27,364 nucleotides of DNA from a virus (Duplodnaviria > Caudoviricetes), in the IMG/VR virus record IMGVR_UViG_3300046001_004574, positions 1-27,364 of that record; one strand, given 5' to 3'. The position numbers and the translations under genes were made by a program. Below the pieces are notes generated by a model, which made no database searches, was not told where the DNA came from, and was given only the letters and a program-made list of their open reading frames with translations. Shown here one piece after another: positions 25,003 to 27,364 of the stretch. Position 1 is the first letter of the stretch. Each line of letters opens with the position of its first letter.

Positions 25003-27165
25003 ATGACAACACAAATTAAAAAAGTTTATGAATTATTTTATGACAAAAACAATGCTTTGCTAGAAAACGGCTATATCTATATCGGATTTGCTAATCAGAA
25101 TCCAATAACGAATCCGATACAGACTTATTTTGATGCTGATTTAACGATACCTGCTTTACAACCATTGCGGACTGTTGGTGGTGCTATTTCTAACAATGGA
25201 AGTCCTGCAAACGTCTATATTGCCGTTTCTGATTACTCTATTGTCGTTCAGGATAAAAACAAAGTGACACTATATTCAACGCTTGAAAGAACGTCAGAAA
25301 CCGCAACCAGTGAATTAAATTATACCAATGGTTTATACACGGGCGGTATTCAACAGAATCTACAAGATGTCGTTGAGAGGGCTATTGATTTTAAAGACTT
25401 TGGTGCAAAAGGTGACGGCGTTACAGATGACACCCCTGCAATTAACGCATTATTAACACAAATAGGCGATGAGGGTGCAAGATTAAAATTCAGTGACGGA
25501 CAATATTTGTTAAAATCTGCTATTCGTTGGGGGCTTGCACAAAGATTGCAGGTTGATTTTAGTAAAAACGCAATCCTTGTGCCATTTACAAACACCTTTG
25601 ACATGATGACAATCGAGGGGTCAAGACCAAGCGGAACATATCAAAATTTAACCGCTGATGCTTTATCAGAAAATTATTCAATCACAACAGCAAGCACGAT
25701 TGCAGGGGCGAATGTTGGCGATTATTTAGGTATTCAATCATCAAAGTTATTAAGTGGTGCAAACTCAAAAGGCACAAAGCAATTTGTTTTAAAACGCATT
25801 GTTGCTATATCAGGCACGACTTATTATTTTAACGATATTTTAGGCTATGACTTTTTAACATCAGATACCGCCGAAGCAGGTCTTGCTGATATGCGAGATA
25901 ATTATTATTTTTATGGTATTAATATTAATAATCGAGATGCTGGCAATGTTCTATTTTCTCGTGGTCTTGTTATTAAGCAAGGGTGTAATATTCAAGTTGA
26001 CGGTATATCAGCTTATGGGTCAAAATTACCTTATGAACCATCAACAAGTTATGTTGGTAAAACAGCTTTGCTGTGTTCTGACACGCTCGATAGTGTATTT
26101 AGAGACGGAAAGCTAGAACAAATAGGCTATTATGGCGTTGCTGCACTCTTTGCAAGTGATAATTTAATATTCGACAATTTTACAGGTCGAGATATGCGAC
26201 ACTTGTTTGATATTACTTGGGCTTCAAATACAGGGGGCAACGAGGGCGAGCCAAACAATATAAAGTTTCAAAGTTCAACAGGTAGCATGACAACGGAATC
26301 ATGCTTTAGTACGCATGATACAGGGCGTTATATTGTTTTTGATAACTGTACAGCTGATACAGCAGGAATTGGTGGCGTTGGTAGTTATGGATTTTACTCT
26401 CGCAATGTTGGGTCACGCTTTTCTAAGTGTAAAGCGTTTCGTGCTACACTTGACGGTTTTAGAGCGGACACGGCTTCTTTGGCAACAAATTATGATGCTT
26501 GTGAAGCGGTTGAAAACCAAAGAGACGGATTTTTTATAAGCACATATGGACGCATGAACAATGTCATTGCAACAAGAAATGGTGAAGCAGGTATTGCATT
26601 TAATGGTGGTACGCTTAACAGTGCTAGAATTGTTGATAATGGCATATCAGGAACAAGTCCTTATGCTATTCAGTGTGGATATTATGCGAGTACAGAAACA
26701 TATAACATTTCTGACGTAGATGCCCCTGCTTCATCAACACAAACAATCGGTATTCGCTTTGAAACAGCATCAGGCGTTGACCCTAGAAATAATGTGTTTA
26801 TCAGTGGTAAAAATATCTTGACTGGATATGGCAACAATCTCTATTCTGTTTCAAGTGGTGATAATGCTGAAACACCAATTACAAGCGGAAACATTGCAAC
26901 AGCAGTGGGAACATCAAGTAACCCTGTTTATGGACGTGCAACACTAACAGCAGGGGCGGTGACAGTCTCAACTACAGCAGTTCGTGATTATAACCCTGCA
27001 AGTGGAACGACTGGTAAATTTACAAGTAAGATTACGCCAAAAGCTATTTCATTTACTAATGCAGGTGCTTTATATACAAGTGCAATAACCGATGCGACAA
27101 GTTTTGATGTTAACTCAACCAATGGTGCAGGAACACAAGAATTTGAATACGAAGTTTTAGTATAA
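25003..27165 (+). CDS. tailspike / receptor-binding protein with a right-handed beta-helix
   Basis: N-terminal head-binding-like domain ('LENGYIYIG..NQNP.TNPI..YFD', 'QPLRT.GG', 'DYSIVVQDKN'); 'KDFGAKGDGVTDDTPAINA' pectate-lyase-3-type start; beta-helix repeats. Confidence 0.9.
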   Translation: MTTQIKKVYELFYDKNNALLENGYIYIGFANQNPITNPIQTYFDADLTIPALQPLRTVGGAISNNGSPANVYIAVSDYSIVVQDKNKVTLYSTLERTSETATSELNYTNGLYTGGIQQNLQDVVERAIDFKDFGAKGDGVTDDTPAINALLTQIGDEGARLKFSDGQYLLKSAIRWGLAQRLQVDFSKNAILVPFTNTFDMMTIEGSRPSGTYQNLTADALSENYSITTASTIAGANVGDYLGIQSSKLLSGANSKGTKQFVLKRIVAISGTTYYFNDILGYDFLTSDTAEAGLADMRDNYYFYGININNRDAGNVLFSRGLVIKQGCNIQVDGISAYGSKLPYEPSTSYVGKTALLCSDTLDSVFRDGKLEQIGYYGVAALFASDNLIFDNFTGRDMRHLFDITWASNTGGNEGEPNNIKFQSSTGSMTTESCFSTHDTGRYIVFDNCTADTAGIGGVGSYGFYSRNVGSRFSKCKAFRATLDGFRADTASLATNYDACEAVENQRDGFFISTYGRMNNVIATRNGEAGIAFNGGTLNSARIVDNGISGTSPYAIQCGYYASTETYNISDVDAPASSTQTIGIRFETASGVDPRNNVFISGKNILTGYGNNLYSVSSGDNAETPITSGNIATAVGTSSNPVYGRATLTAGAVTVSTTAVRDYNPASGTTGKFTSKITPKAISFTNAGALYTSAITDATSFDVNSTNGAGTQEFEYEVLV

Positions 27166-27175
27166 AGGAAACAAA

Positions 27176-27364
27176 ATGACCGATAAAAACAAACAAAAGG
27201 CTAATATATTCTTTCGAGTACAAAGAGAATTAACATCAAGAATCACAATAGATGATTTAAAGAATAGCACTGCTTTTGCTGAAATAGATGTTCCAGATGA
27301 TATTTTTACAGATTATTCTATAGAAATCTTGCAAGGTCAAAATGATATTATAATCTTGAATTTT
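27176..27364 (+). CDS. hypothetical protein, 5' part only
   Basis: AAGGA SD, ATG 27176, MTDKNKQKANIFFRVQRELTSRITIDDLK... open to the window end. Confidence 0.7.
   Translation, partial: MTDKNKQKANIFFRVQRELTSRITIDDLKNSTAFAEIDVPDDIFTDYSIEILQGQNDIIILNF

Noticed and set aside
8814-26539. Many short antisense or out-of-frame ORFs within structural genes
   Set aside because: Nested in long, well-supported genes with no recognisable motifs.
1-27364. Stop-codon reassignment
   Set aside because: Genes are full length and densely packed under the standard code; TAA, TGA and TAG all end plausible genes.

Overview
An AT-rich stretch of a tailed dsDNA phage or prophage with P22-like podovirus architecture. 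Left arm (minus strand): a Sak4-like AAA ATPase (cut by the window edge), a RecE/ExoVIII-like PD-(D/E)XK nuclease and a coiled-coil protein. Centre: a Cro-like HTH, a DnaB helicase in inverted orientation, an RHH regulator, an HTH replication initiator carrying internal iterons, and RusA. Right arm (plus strand): TerS, TerL, portal, scaffold, P22-type coat, accessory virion proteins, gp4/gp10/gp26-like tail parts, three ejection proteins and a beta-helix tailspike. No integrase, CI-type repressor or lysis genes were recognised. The most striking unexplained element is a ~230-nt intergenic unit at about 7655-7884. It has its own promoter-like sequence and three hairpins; loop 1 (CCGCAAAA) is the exact complement of loop 2 (UUUUGCGG) and nearly of loop 3 (UUUUGCG), suggesting a kissing-loop or multimerising ncRNA. 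All family calls come from manual motif and synteny recognition; no searches were run.
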